Source of the DNA: a virus
Taxonomy: Duplodnaviria > Caudoviricetes
Length of the DNA: 64,000 bases
Direction: 5' to 3' (one strand)
IMG/VR virus record: IMGVR_UViG_3300017911_001818
Location: 32,003-96,002 of that record
Shown here: piece by piece, positions 35,967 through 45,686 of the stretch
How the letters are laid out: the number at the start of each line of letters is the position of its first letter
Numbering within the stretch: the stretch's first letter is position 1
The notes under the pieces: model-generated
Database searches by the model: none
Told to the model about the DNA's origin: nothing
What the model saw: only the letters and a program-made list of their open reading frames with translations
Translations under genes and position numbers: made by a program

Positions 35967-37309
35967 TGGCAGGACCACCACAGCCGACACCATATGATTT
36001 TGGAGAGTATACTGTAGTTATCACGAATGCTGATGGTAAACGTGTTGATGTTAGTAATCTTGTAATCGAATTAAACTTCTTCGAGTCTCTGAAAGATCCA
36101 TACGTTAGCGGATCTTTTCTTATTCTAGATTCGGCAAACGTTTTTAACTTTACAAATTTTCGTGGGCAAGAGATTGTTGATATTAAGGTTACTGACTTCT
36201 TTGGCGCAGAGAAGATTAATAAAACCTTTGCGATTAAAAGTGTAGTTAGACAAGATAAATTGAATGATACATCCTCTGGGCATATCATTAGTTTTATTGA
36301 CTTACACATGTATAGAAATAAAAAGTATGTATTTTCTAAGACTCTTAATGGCAAACCAGAGGTAATATTAAATCAAGCATTATCAGAGATTGGTACTAGC
36401 GCAAGACTTGAAAGTTCTGCACAATCTAATATGAGATTTATTGTACCATTTACAATGAATCCGATTTCTGTAGCATCATTGATGAAGAATAGATGTACAA
36501 CTAGCGCTGGCGCACCATTCTTTTTACATGCTTCATTGTATTCAAACCAACTAAATCTAGTAAGCATGGCAACACTACTGGGGCAAGGAGCGTTTAATAA
36601 TAAACCATTTAAGTATAGCAGCGTGTCGCAAACTAATGCAGGCGGTTCTTACTCTGTTGAAGAGTTTGATGACTTGAGCCATAGATTGGCAACTCTAGGA
36701 TTAGAAAGAAATCAAGACGCTATTCAACTGTTTGAAGAAGCTGCATATGGCGATCAATATATTTGGATTGATACATTTGAGGACAAAGCTGAAGAGCGTA
36801 GATATAAAGTCACAGAAACTCTTGGCGCTTTACCTAAACCCAATGGTGTTGATGATTATTCTCCTAATATTCCTGGTCAGATCGCTCCTGCCTTACACGA
36901 AAGCGTTTCAAGATATGCTTCTCAGATAACAACTAAAAAATTATTTGAAGATATTTTCTCTTTTAACGAAGAAGAAGAAATAACGAAACATGAATTGAAA
37001 GGTAAGGCTAGAGGTTTGAAGGCATTTTCTATCAAAGGGTTTATCTCTGCTCAATGTCCGGGATACAACTTCTTTGGTAGAGATTTAATTGGACAGAATC
37101 AGATAGATGTTTATATACCAAAGGATCTGCCGATAGATTTTGATACCTCCGAAGATTTTATTATGGATAAAAAACGTTCGGGTAAATATATTATGACTAA
37201 TATTCGTCATATGTTTAAAAACTCTCAATACTCTGTAACTGTTGGTGGAATTAAGATTGATAATTATGCATCAATTAATAACGAACAGTTCTATCCAGGG
37301 CAGAAATAA
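35966..37309 (+). CDS. baseplate hub protein (gp27-like)
   Basis: FESL..P...G....D and SGKY.....RH; lies between gp53 and gp5. Confidence 0.65.
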   Translation: MAGPPQPTPYDFGEYTVVITNADGKRVDVSNLVIELNFFESLKDPYVSGSFLILDSANVFNFTNFRGQEIVDIKVTDFFGAEKINKTFAIKSVVRQDKLNDTSSGHIISFIDLHMYRNKKYVFSKTLNGKPEVILNQALSEIGTSARLESSAQSNMRFIVPFTMNPISVASLMKNRCTTSAGAPFFLHASLYSNQLNLVSMATLLGQGAFNNKPFKYSSVSQTNAGGSYSVEEFDDLSHRLATLGLERNQDAIQLFEEAAYGDQYIWIDTFEDKAEERRYKVTETLGALPKPNGVDDYSPNIPGQIAPALHESVSRYASQITTKKLFEDIFSFNEEEEITKHELKGKARGLKAFSIKGFISAQCPGYNFFGRDLIGQNQIDVYIPKDLPIDFDTSEDFIMDKKRSGKYIMTNIRHMFKNSQYSVTVGGIKIDNYASINNEQFYPGQK

Positions 37310-37668
37310 TGGAAAATTTTACAAATAATTTTTACGGGGATGAATTTCGTTGGTTTATTGGTGTTGTTGAAGATGGAGTCAACGATCCAGAACTATTAGG
37401 TAGAGTGCGTGTTAGAATCTTCGGGCTTCACTCTCCATACCTAGATGATATTGCTGTTGAGGATTTACCTTGGGCAAGTGTTCTTATTCCTGCGACGGAA
37501 GGTGGAATATCAGGCACAGGAAGATCGCCGAATGGCATTCAACAGGGCGCATATGTCTTTGGTATTTTTTTAGATGGCAAGAAATCTCAGAATCCTTTGA
37601 TTCTTGGTTCGTTCGCTAAGTTTGAAACTTCAGATGGTGATAACATTATACCATTTCCACATAAGTAG
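37309..37668 (+). CDS. gp5: gp5 N-terminal OB-fold module
   Basis: WFIGVVE...DP..LGRVRVR.FG.H, LPWA, G..V.G.FLDG...Q.P.ILG. Confidence 0.9.
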   Translation: MENFTNNFYGDEFRWFIGVVEDGVNDPELLGRVRVRIFGLHSPYLDDIAVEDLPWASVLIPATEGGISGTGRSPNGIQQGAYVFGIFLDGKKSQNPLILGSFAKFETSDGDNIIPFPHK

Positions 37669-37674
37669 GCAAAA

Positions 37675-38082
37675 ATGACAGAAATATTTGGAACCAGTAC
37701 ATTTGATAGATTGTTTAATGCTGCTATCTCTCGAGGATACAGCCCCGAAGCTGCAGCTGCAATCGGAGCTACTATCTCTCTAGAAAATGCTGGCGCTGAT
37801 TTAATTGCTTTTAAAGGCGAACGACAGAAAAGATATTTAAAATATTGCGAAAAGAACAGAATTGATTATAGATTTCCAGATAGTAAAATTAAATATATCT
37901 TCGTTGAACTTTCTGCAAATAGAGATTACAAAGCCTCTGAAATAAAGTATGCGCAAACTGTAGATGCTGCTGTTAAATCGTTTAATGAAAATTATCTGGG
38001 AAAAACGTTAAATATTACAGAGCTCTTGACATTAATAGGTCTTGGTAACGAGTTGTACAAAATTTTTGTGAGTAACGAATGA
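37675..38082 (+). CDS. degenerate phage tail lysozyme-like module
   Basis: GYSPEAAAAI...I..E start, Q-less G.R motif, and YI..EL resemble Phage_lysozyme2. Confidence 0.45.
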   Translation: MTEIFGTSTFDRLFNAAISRGYSPEAAAAIGATISLENAGADLIAFKGERQKRYLKYCEKNRIDYRFPDSKIKYIFVELSANRDYKASEIKYAQTVDAAVKSFNENYLGKTLNITELLTLIGLGNELYKIFVSNE

Positions 38083-39302
38083 CAACAATAGGCGATATTA
38101 ATAGTAGGTTAATTAATAATCTTAACTTGCTGACAGAAGACTTAACAGAGGTAGCTACAGCCTCTGGCGCAGCAGCATTACAATATCAACAGATAACTGC
38201 AAGTTCTGTTGATGCTACCACAAATAGTTCTATAGGTGGATTAAACATTATAGGCTCTTCTGGTAGGAGAGTTAATGCTGATGGCTCTTCTAAAAACACT
38301 TCCATCGCTACGTTCTCAGATAATATTACTACCTTTGGCTCGTTAACTGCAGCAACAGGTGGTGCGCTGCTAGTTAAAACTGTTACAGCTGCAACAACTG
38401 ATGCGACCTCCTCTGCGTTTACTCAACAATTTTCTTCTGCCTTAGATACTAAAACTTTATTTCAAGCCACGTTACTTGCATCAGAATCATTTTCAGATTC
38501 TTCTGGCCTTCCTCTTGGCTCTTCTTCAGTAGATTTAGTCACAACTGCAGGAAAATCTCTAATAGAAAAATCTAACAGGATGTTGAATAAGATTGGAAGT
38601 TCTGGATCGTTATTAGAAGACATTTCAAAAGATGATAATATACAAAACAATATAGAAATTACAGCAGCATTAAAAGATATCGTTGGCAGCGCTTCTATAC
38701 CGATCACGAGAGTAGATAATGTTCCATCGAGAACTTTCCTACAAACATATGAGGAAATGGAAGCTTACTTACGTTCAAGCTTTCGAGAGATCACAGAAGT
38801 GATTGTCAGTGATACTGATACAACTAGAGATATTGAAGTAAACTACGATACTTTGCGACTCAATGATGTTGGCGTCCGTAAATTTACTGATGTTGCTAAT
38901 CACTTTTTAATTATGCAAGATGGCGCTCTTCAAGTTTGTAGACCTATCTCTGAGGTCGGTCAACACTCATTACCGATACATAATTCGAACAGTATTGGAC
39001 TTTTATTTGCTGGAGGAATACTTGGCAATAGAAAAAGCACAAGTATTATCAGAGGTAATAAATCGTATACAATGCAACAGTTAAACACATTCGACGCATT
39101 CATGAAAGCATTTTACACTGTTGTTCCTGGAGGGCAGGCATGGGGTCACAATGATATTGATCCGGATCGAAGAGTTGATCCCCACTTTAATGTTCCTCGA
39201 TATGTGCAAAAGAAGTTTAATAAATTTAATACACAAACAATCGAAGAGAAACGCCAAAATGGTTCTTTGACGATTGATCAGTTAATTGAGGCACAGAGTT
39301 AA
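38079..39302 (+). CDS. baseplate-associated protein with a C-terminal amidase_2 (T7 lysozyme/PGRP-like) domain
   Basis: HFLI..DG....RP....G.H....N..SIG..F.GG, T..Q, GHND, DP.F.V. Confidence 0.75.
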   Translation: MTTIGDINSRLINNLNLLTEDLTEVATASGAAALQYQQITASSVDATTNSSIGGLNIIGSSGRRVNADGSSKNTSIATFSDNITTFGSLTAATGGALLVKTVTAATTDATSSAFTQQFSSALDTKTLFQATLLASESFSDSSGLPLGSSSVDLVTTAGKSLIEKSNRMLNKIGSSGSLLEDISKDDNIQNNIEITAALKDIVGSASIPITRVDNVPSRTFLQTYEEMEAYLRSSFREITEVIVSDTDTTRDIEVNYDTLRLNDVGVRKFTDVANHFLIMQDGALQVCRPISEVGQHSLPIHNSNSIGLLFAGGILGNRKSTSIIRGNKSYTMQQLNTFDAFMKAFYTVVPGGQAWGHNDIDPDRRVDPHFNVPRYVQKKFNKFNTQTIEEKRQNGSLTIDQLIEAQS

Positions 39303-40513
39303 TGTCTATTGGTTTTAAGGATCCAGATAAAGGATATCCGGTTAGTGGCTATGAAACTCAGCAGAAAACAAACATTTCTGCCAGAGGAGAGTGGACGCCT
39401 AAGATTGTCCCGCCTCAAGGACAGCCATTTGAGATTCCTCTCGAAGCTCAACCAGAGTATCCGCATAACAAAGTAACAGAGTCTACAAATCCTGATCCAG
39501 AGGAACGCCACCGTTTTGAGATTGATGATACGAAAGGTGGTGAAAGAGTAACATTCAATCATAAGACTGGCACAGCTGTTGAGATGTGGAACCAAGGCGA
39601 GTTAATCGTTAACTCCTTTGGAAAAATGGTACAATTAATCGGCGAAGACTTTGAGATGTTTGTTGCTGGTAATGGCACTGTTATCTACAAAGGCAATCTT
39701 GACTTTACAGTTGAAGGTGATATGAACCTGACTGTTAAGGGTGACATGACGACAACTGTTGAAGGGAACAAGACAGAAGTTGTCAAGAAAACAAAGATCG
39801 AAGAGTATCAGGACGATCAAGAAACTACAGTGACAAATAATAAATCGACGACTGTTGGCGAAACAAGCACAGAACTTGTTCTCGGGGACAAGAACAGTTT
39901 CGTTAAACAGAAACAAAGTAACTGGGTAAAGGGCGACGCTGAGTTTTTATCGGGAGCTAATACTCATATCTCTTCACAGACTAAAACATCTATTTCGTCA
40001 ACTACAGTAAACATGACTGGTTCGACTGTTAATATTGCTGCTGGTGGGGGAACTATTGGTGGCCCAGCAGTCTTTTATTATGGTTTATCTTTTGAAGGGG
40101 ATTTATTTGTAGATGGCAATTTAACAGTTGATGGGACTGGAATTTTTGATGGGTCGATAAGTACTAAGAGGCATATTGAAGCGGCAGATACAATATCAAG
40201 CCAACAAACTATTTCATCGGGAGATGGCTTTGTTACAGATGGGGCGATTAAAGCTACGGGCGACATAACTGCGTTTGACACCAGTGTTGCAGGTGCAGGC
40301 GGTTCGGCAGGAATTGCTGTTGAGGCGACTGTTATTTCAACAGAAAATACCATTGATGGATTCTTTAATTATACAGCGCCAACTGCTTTAAGCATAACTA
40401 CAACTCTTTCCGCTTCTGAAGAGGGCATCATGCAAGTTACTGTAGATCCAGGAGAAAAGATTAAGCAATCTATTGATTTAAGAGAACGTGTTGCATTAGG
40501 ACTGGGGCTGTAA
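39302..40513 (+). CDS. gp5: gp5 C-terminal beta-helix spike module
   Basis: YPHNKV.ES, H..E.DDT.G.ER....H.TG, VxGDxxxx octapeptide repeats. Confidence 0.85.
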   Translation: MSIGFKDPDKGYPVSGYETQQKTNISARGEWTPKIVPPQGQPFEIPLEAQPEYPHNKVTESTNPDPEERHRFEIDDTKGGERVTFNHKTGTAVEMWNQGELIVNSFGKMVQLIGEDFEMFVAGNGTVIYKGNLDFTVEGDMNLTVKGDMTTTVEGNKTEVVKKTKIEEYQDDQETTVTNNKSTTVGETSTELVLGDKNSFVKQKQSNWVKGDAEFLSGANTHISSQTKTSISSTTVNMTGSTVNIAAGGGTIGGPAVFYYGLSFEGDLFVDGNLTVDGTGIFDGSISTKRHIEAADTISSQQTISSGDGFVTDGAIKATGDITAFDTSVAGAGGSAGIAVEATVISTENTIDGFFNYTAPTALSITTTLSASEEGIMQVTVDPGEKIKQSIDLRERVALGLGL

Positions 40514-41341
40514 ATGATTATCCGCAATGAAAATATCACAACAGCAGAAGTCAGAAGACTGCTTCGAGAATCTTCCAACAGAACGGACAGTTTCTTCCTT
40601 GGGTTTGCATTAGCTCGGAATGTTCTTAATTTTAGGTTTGCCCAGTCCACTCCAACTGCACTCAAAAGGTTAAATGGGTTTGAGCCAGACGCCAAGTATG
40701 GAACAAATCGTTATGGTAGATTAAATATCCCTAAACTTAGATACCTTGAAAGTTTAAACTTTAAATTTATTCTTCCTGAGAGTCAGTATAATCCATTGAA
40801 TAAAACTGAGATTAACAATGGTACGAAGATTGGTCCAAGAACACCGATCTCATTATTCACAAATGGATTATTGAATAATTCAAGAACACTTACAGAACGT
40901 AAAGAGATTGCTAAGTATTTTTATTTACAGTCTTTGTTAATTAATGCATTCAATAGTAATAAAAGTAAATTTAGAAAAGCGAGTTTAAGTGTTGTTGAAG
41001 GATTGTATGCTCCAGAAACTAATCAAACTTTAGAAGCTGGTGGTATTCTTGATCTACAAACGAAAGGTCGTGCTGTAGTTTATGAAGTGCGTAATACAAA
41101 TGGCGAACTAGACCCAGCAGCAGCATTTAACATTGCTACTTACTGGAAAGATAATATGTTATTTGATGAATTAATTCTATCTTTTGACACAGTCGATCCG
41201 AATGTAGATTATACTGCACAAATTATTGTGACCATGCCAGAGGTAGATGATAAATATAAAGGAACATTCCGTAGAAAAGTAAGAACAGAATATAATTATA
41301 ATGTTGCTTTGATTGATGGACTTGCTGAGTTTGCGGTATAA
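40514..41341 (+). CDS. baseplate-region protein of unknown function
   Basis: Long ORF between the gp5 spike and gp25. Confidence 0.6.
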   Translation: MIIRNENITTAEVRRLLRESSNRTDSFFLGFALARNVLNFRFAQSTPTALKRLNGFEPDAKYGTNRYGRLNIPKLRYLESLNFKFILPESQYNPLNKTEINNGTKIGPRTPISLFTNGLLNNSRTLTERKEIAKYFYLQSLLINAFNSNKSKFRKASLSVVEGLYAPETNQTLEAGGILDLQTKGRAVVYEVRNTNGELDPAAAFNIATYWKDNMLFDELILSFDTVDPNVDYTAQIIVTMPEVDDKYKGTFRRKVRTEYNYNVALIDGLAEFAV

Positions 41342-41344
41342 ATA
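41337..41344 (+). promoter_or_regulatory. T4 late promoter
   Basis: TATAAATA 13 bp upstream of the gp25 start. Confidence 0.85.
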
Positions 41345-41357
41345 TTAAGGATTTTAA

Positions 41358-41804
41358 ATGGCTGTAGTTAAGTCACTTTCGGTTGAAGATAGAAATCTGA
41401 GTAAGATCAGTCTAGTTGGAACTAGAAACGTCCCTTACTCAGATATTGATTTATCTTTCGTTAAGAGAAGTAATGGAGATATCTTCAAGAAGACTGATGC
41501 TGCAGCTGTAAAGCAGGCAGTAAAAACATTAATTCAAACTAATTTTGGTGAAAAACCATTTAACTATTTCTTTGGGGCGAATATCCGTGCTCTTTTATTC
41601 GAGCCAGTTGGTCCAGATGTTGTAGAAGATATTAAAACGAATGTTCGATTAGCAATCGAAAACTTTGAACCAAGAGTAGAACTTTTAGATACTCGTGTAT
41701 TAGATGAGATTGATAAAAACTCTCTTAATGTTAGTATTCGTTTTAAAATTATCAATACACAAGAAGTAGTTGAGTTAGAAACAGCATTCTCAAGGTTAAG
41801 ATAG
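41358..41804 (+). CDS. gp25: baseplate wedge subunit gp25
   Basis: YSDIDLSF, D..AVKQ.V..L..TN.GE+PF..FG, LLFE, FEPRV, RLR. Confidence 0.93.
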   Translation: MAVVKSLSVEDRNLSKISLVGTRNVPYSDIDLSFVKRSNGDIFKKTDAAAVKQAVKTLIQTNFGEKPFNYFFGANIRALLFEPVGPDVVEDIKTNVRLAIENFEPRVELLDTRVLDEIDKNSLNVSIRFKIINTQEVVELETAFSRLR

Positions 41805-41808
41805 AAAT

Positions 41809-43680
41809 ATGGCAACAGTAATCGCATCAAATCAACTAGACTTTGAGTTTATCAAAGGAAGAATTATTGATTTTATGAAGGCTCAGACAGAGTTCGAAGA
41901 CTATGACTTCGAAGCCTCTGGATTATCTGCTATTGCTGATGTCTTAGCTTTCAATACACACCAGAATGCTTTGCTTGGTAACTTCGCAATTAATGAGTCG
42001 TTCCTTCAAACAGCTCAGTTGCGTTCTTCTCTGGTGAACTTAGCTCTTAACTTTGCGTATATTCCTAGAAGTAAAACTGCAGCATTAGCGCAAGTTAATC
42101 TGACATTGAACCTTACGGCTGCAGCAATTAAACCAGAAACTATTACCCTTCCTGCAGGTACAGAGTTTACCTCTGTTCTTGATGATGTCACATATACATT
42201 TAGAACAGATGTAGAATATACAGCAAGAATTGACTCGGCAGGTCTGGGTATCTATACTTTTGTCGATGAGGATGACAATTTAGCAGTTCCTATTCGTGAG
42301 GGTGTAGAAAAAACTAAAACATTCTTGGTTGAAACTGCACAGGAACGTCAGATTTATGTCATTCCAGATGACAGTCTTGATCTTAGCACTTTAAGAGTAA
42401 GAGTGTTTGAAGACGGCGCAGATACTGAAGGCACTGCATACCTTACGATCGGGCAGTTAACTGGTGGATTTAATGCAGAGTCTAGACTCTACCTTCCTTT
42501 AGAAACATACAATGGTTACTATGAGTTGAACTTTGGCGATGGCACACTGACTGGTGATGCTCCTGATCCTGGAAATATTATTCGAGCCAAGTATATTTCA
42601 TCTAACGGCGCAGCTGCTAATGGCGCTGAAGTCTTTACGCCTTCCTCTACAGTTAGTGTAAATGGAACAAGCTACAACTTAACAGTGACAACTGTCTCTA
42701 AGGCTGCATTCGGAGCAGAGAAAGAATCTGCAGAAAGTATTAGACAAAACGCCCCATTAAACTATCTTGCTCAGGGCAGACTTGTAACCCCTCTGGATTA
42801 CGTCGCTGTAATTTCTAATGCGCTCCCAGGAATTAAATCTATTAATGCTTGGGGCGGAGAAGATAACGTTCCAGAACCAAAGTTTGGTAAAGTATTAGTT
42901 TCAATTATCTATGAAGATGATATTCCTGCAGTAACTAAAACTGCAGTAGAACAAAGGATTCAGAACGAATTTTTAGATCAACTTTCGATTACATCTATTG
43001 GTTCAGAAATTGTACAACCAGAGTTTACTTACTTAAATGTAACAACTCAATTAAAATATAATGCGGGACAAACTGCATTAAGTAGACGTGCATTAGAAAC
43101 TAAAATTCAAAATGCGATTAATGTATACTTCCAAAATAATCTTGGAAAGTTTAATCAGATTTTCCGCAAATCTAAGTTGAGTTCTTTTATTGATGCTTCT
43201 GATGCTTCGATTCTTTCTTCTAAAGTTTCTGTAGATATGGAGAGTAGATTTACACCCGCTTTTGATGCGGTCTCTGTTAAGTTCATTAAAGCGGATTATA
43301 CTTTACAGTTCTTAAATACCATCGCAGCTCCAGATGATGAAAATGTGATTGTTAGTTCAGATCAGTTCGTGTTAAACGGCAAGATATGTTCGATTAGGAA
43401 TAAAATTGGTAGCTCTGCCAGCACAAAACTTCAGATTATTGATGCGGATGGCAATCTAGTTGTTAGCGACATTGGTAATTACGAACCAAGTACAGGTAAA
43501 GTTATTTTGACAGGGTTTGAACCTACATCTATTTCTTCTGGAGAAACCTTCTTAAAAATTATTGCTACTCCTGCGGATGATTCTAATATCAAACCACTTA
43601 GAAATAACATTATCAATTTAAATCAAAATTCTGTATCTGCTCTGCCAGATACGAATGTTGCGAATAGCACGGTAATTTAA
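41809..43680 (+). CDS. gp6: baseplate wedge subunit gp6
   Basis: LDF..IK, F.DYDFE.SGLS...DVLA.NTH, NESFL.TAQLRSS, FGDG, R.VT..DY, WGGEDN. Confidence 0.95.
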   Translation: MATVIASNQLDFEFIKGRIIDFMKAQTEFEDYDFEASGLSAIADVLAFNTHQNALLGNFAINESFLQTAQLRSSLVNLALNFAYIPRSKTAALAQVNLTLNLTAAAIKPETITLPAGTEFTSVLDDVTYTFRTDVEYTARIDSAGLGIYTFVDEDDNLAVPIREGVEKTKTFLVETAQERQIYVIPDDSLDLSTLRVRVFEDGADTEGTAYLTIGQLTGGFNAESRLYLPLETYNGYYELNFGDGTLTGDAPDPGNIIRAKYISSNGAAANGAEVFTPSSTVSVNGTSYNLTVTTVSKAAFGAEKESAESIRQNAPLNYLAQGRLVTPLDYVAVISNALPGIKSINAWGGEDNVPEPKFGKVLVSIIYEDDIPAVTKTAVEQRIQNEFLDQLSITSIGSEIVQPEFTYLNVTTQLKYNAGQTALSRRALETKIQNAINVYFQNNLGKFNQIFRKSKLSSFIDASDASILSSKVSVDMESRFTPAFDAVSVKFIKADYTLQFLNTIAAPDDENVIVSSDQFVLNGKICSIRNKIGSSASTKLQIIDADGNLVVSDIGNYEPSTGKVILTGFEPTSISSGETFLKIIATPADDSNIKPLRNNIINLNQNSVSALPDTNVANSTVI

Positions 43681-44615
43681 TGGCCTCTACATTAACAGAT
43701 TATAACAGAAGAGATCCAAACTTTCAACAGCCACAGGTTGAAACGATTGTTCCTGAGCATTTTAAGGAGCAATACCCAACATTAGTGACTTTTCTTAAAA
43801 AGTTTTATGAATATCTCGAAGTTGCTGCTGGACGCAATAATCTGAGTGATGTTTTTTATATTCGTGATGTAGAAAGCACTTCTGAAGATTTTCTAGACTT
43901 TTTATTTTTTGAAAGTATTAATGGTCTCGGCGCAGACTTTTTCAAGTTCCCAAGACTGACACTCAAGTTTATTCCAAACTTCTATCCGATTAAAGGCACA
44001 CAGGTTTCTGTTCCTGCATTCTTTAGATATATCTATGGTGTAGACTCAGAACAGTTTTATCCAAAAACTAGGATCTTTAATGTCGGGGAAAGTCCGATCG
44101 GCGCTGAATCTTTGAGATTTATTCAAGATTCTAATTTTTATCAGATTCTTTCTATTCAGATTAAATCTCCTCTTGGCATTAATCAGTGGAGAGACGTTTA
44201 TAAAAAATATAATCATCCAGCTGGATTCGCTTTGTTTGCTGAAACACTTTTTGAGAAAACAGCAACAAACTCAATCATGACCGCTCCTCTCTCTATTCAG
44301 GATAGTGCGGCTGGTGAAGTCACCTTGGAACAATTTGGTATAGCCTCTGCAGCTGCAGTTGGTAGTACTACTGGTGTTGATAGTGATGCTGCGCTCAGAT
44401 TCTATGTTGATCGTGGCATTCAGTTCTACCAAGACTCTATTGGCGAACTTACTACTGCACAGAAAGGCGAAAATACTACTATCGCTGATGTCCTTAAGAC
44501 TAATTCTGGCCGCTTCTCTTCAACTGATAGCGATACGTTCTCGGATAGCTCGCTCCAGACGATGGATGAAGACATTTTTATGTTTAGACCAATTAGTGGA
44601 TTAGATTCTGCTTAA
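43680..44615 (+). CDS. gp7: baseplate wedge subunit (gp7-like)
   Basis: PEHF...YP.LV.FL..FYEY, FY..KGT, IQDS.FYQ..S, W...YK...HPAGF. Confidence 0.75.
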   Translation: MASTLTDYNRRDPNFQQPQVETIVPEHFKEQYPTLVTFLKKFYEYLEVAAGRNNLSDVFYIRDVESTSEDFLDFLFFESINGLGADFFKFPRLTLKFIPNFYPIKGTQVSVPAFFRYIYGVDSEQFYPKTRIFNVGESPIGAESLRFIQDSNFYQILSIQIKSPLGINQWRDVYKKYNHPAGFALFAETLFEKTATNSIMTAPLSIQDSAAGEVTLEQFGIASAAAVGSTTGVDSDAALRFYVDRGIQFYQDSIGELTTAQKGENTTIADVLKTNSGRFSSTDSDTFSDSSLQTMDEDIFMFRPISGLDSA

Positions 44616-44618
44616 CGA

Positions 44619-44626
44619 TATAAATA
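44619..44626 (+). promoter_or_regulatory. T4 late promoter
   Basis: Intergenic TATAAATA. Confidence 0.85.
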
Positions 44627-44657
44627 AACTTAAATATCTTTTGTAAGAAGGTAAAAG

Positions 44658-45674
44658 ATGACCAGACAAAATATCTCTACTGGTAGTACAGCAAACGACG
44701 GAACTGGAGATACCCTCCGTAGCGCTGGTACTAAAATGAACGAAAACTTTGTTGAACTATATCAGGCTTTTGGTACAGACAGCAATAATTTGGGCGCAGG
44801 TATTACCTTCGATAGTGCACAGATTATTTTCTCTGGCGCAACAAACACGACCACACTTACCCGTCAAGATCCAAGCACTGACGTAACTATTAATCTTGGC
44901 GATAGTAATGGCGAAGTTGTAGTTATCCGCTCTGATAATACAGTTAATTTTGTTGATTCTACTGGAACAGCCTCTAAGATTCTTTACGGAAACGTATATA
45001 GCAATATTGGTGACCTTCCTTCGGCAACTACCTATCATGGTATGTTCGCACATGTGCATGCTACCCAAAAAGGTTATTTCGCCCATGGCGGAGCTTGGCA
45101 CGCATTAGTAGATAGTGACACATTTACTTCTAGGACAGATTTAAAGTTAGTAAACCCTAGAATTGATACGCATGTATTTGATAATACCGGAAACTTTGAA
45201 ATTTTAAACTTTGATAATGTTTCTGGTTCTCCAGTTAACAATGTTAAAATTTCTAATGCTGAAACAGGTAATGCCCCTACTATTTCTACCGAGGGTGGAG
45301 ATACAAACGTAGGTCTTACTATCTCAGCGAAAAATAATGGCCCGATTACTCTTGAGGGTACAGTAGTTTATGGTTCTTCTGTTTTAACTGCAGGTTCGGA
45401 TTCTGCTTTAGATTCAAACTCAAACTCATACCTTTTTAACTCAGCAAGTATTAGACATTTTGATTTACATGATGGAGCTACTACTGGGGAGATTAAAAGG
45501 TTATTAAATAGAAGAGACATAGATATTATTCTTCATGGTAATTTTGAAACATATTCTGCTGCATTCTCGCAGGTAACTATGACCGATAAAATGCTTGTTA
45601 CTTGTATGTGGGATGGTGTTGGTAATAAATGGTTCTTCGATAAAGATTCAGATGTTAAACTCGTATTTGCTTAA
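44658..45674 (+). CDS. baseplate wedge/tail fibre connector (gp9/gp10 N-terminal domain)
   Basis: RQNI.TG..ANDGTGD.LR.AG.K.N.NF.ELY. Confidence 0.82.
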   Translation: MTRQNISTGSTANDGTGDTLRSAGTKMNENFVELYQAFGTDSNNLGAGITFDSAQIIFSGATNTTTLTRQDPSTDVTINLGDSNGEVVVIRSDNTVNFVDSTGTASKILYGNVYSNIGDLPSATTYHGMFAHVHATQKGYFAHGGAWHALVDSDTFTSRTDLKLVNPRIDTHVFDNTGNFEILNFDNVSGSPVNNVKISNAETGNAPTISTEGGDTNVGLTISAKNNGPITLEGTVVYGSSVLTAGSDSALDSNSNSYLFNSASIRHFDLHDGATTGEIKRLLNRRDIDIILHGNFETYSAAFSQVTMTDKMLVTCMWDGVGNKWFFDKDSDVKLVFA

Positions 45675-45686
45675 AAGGTTCAATAA

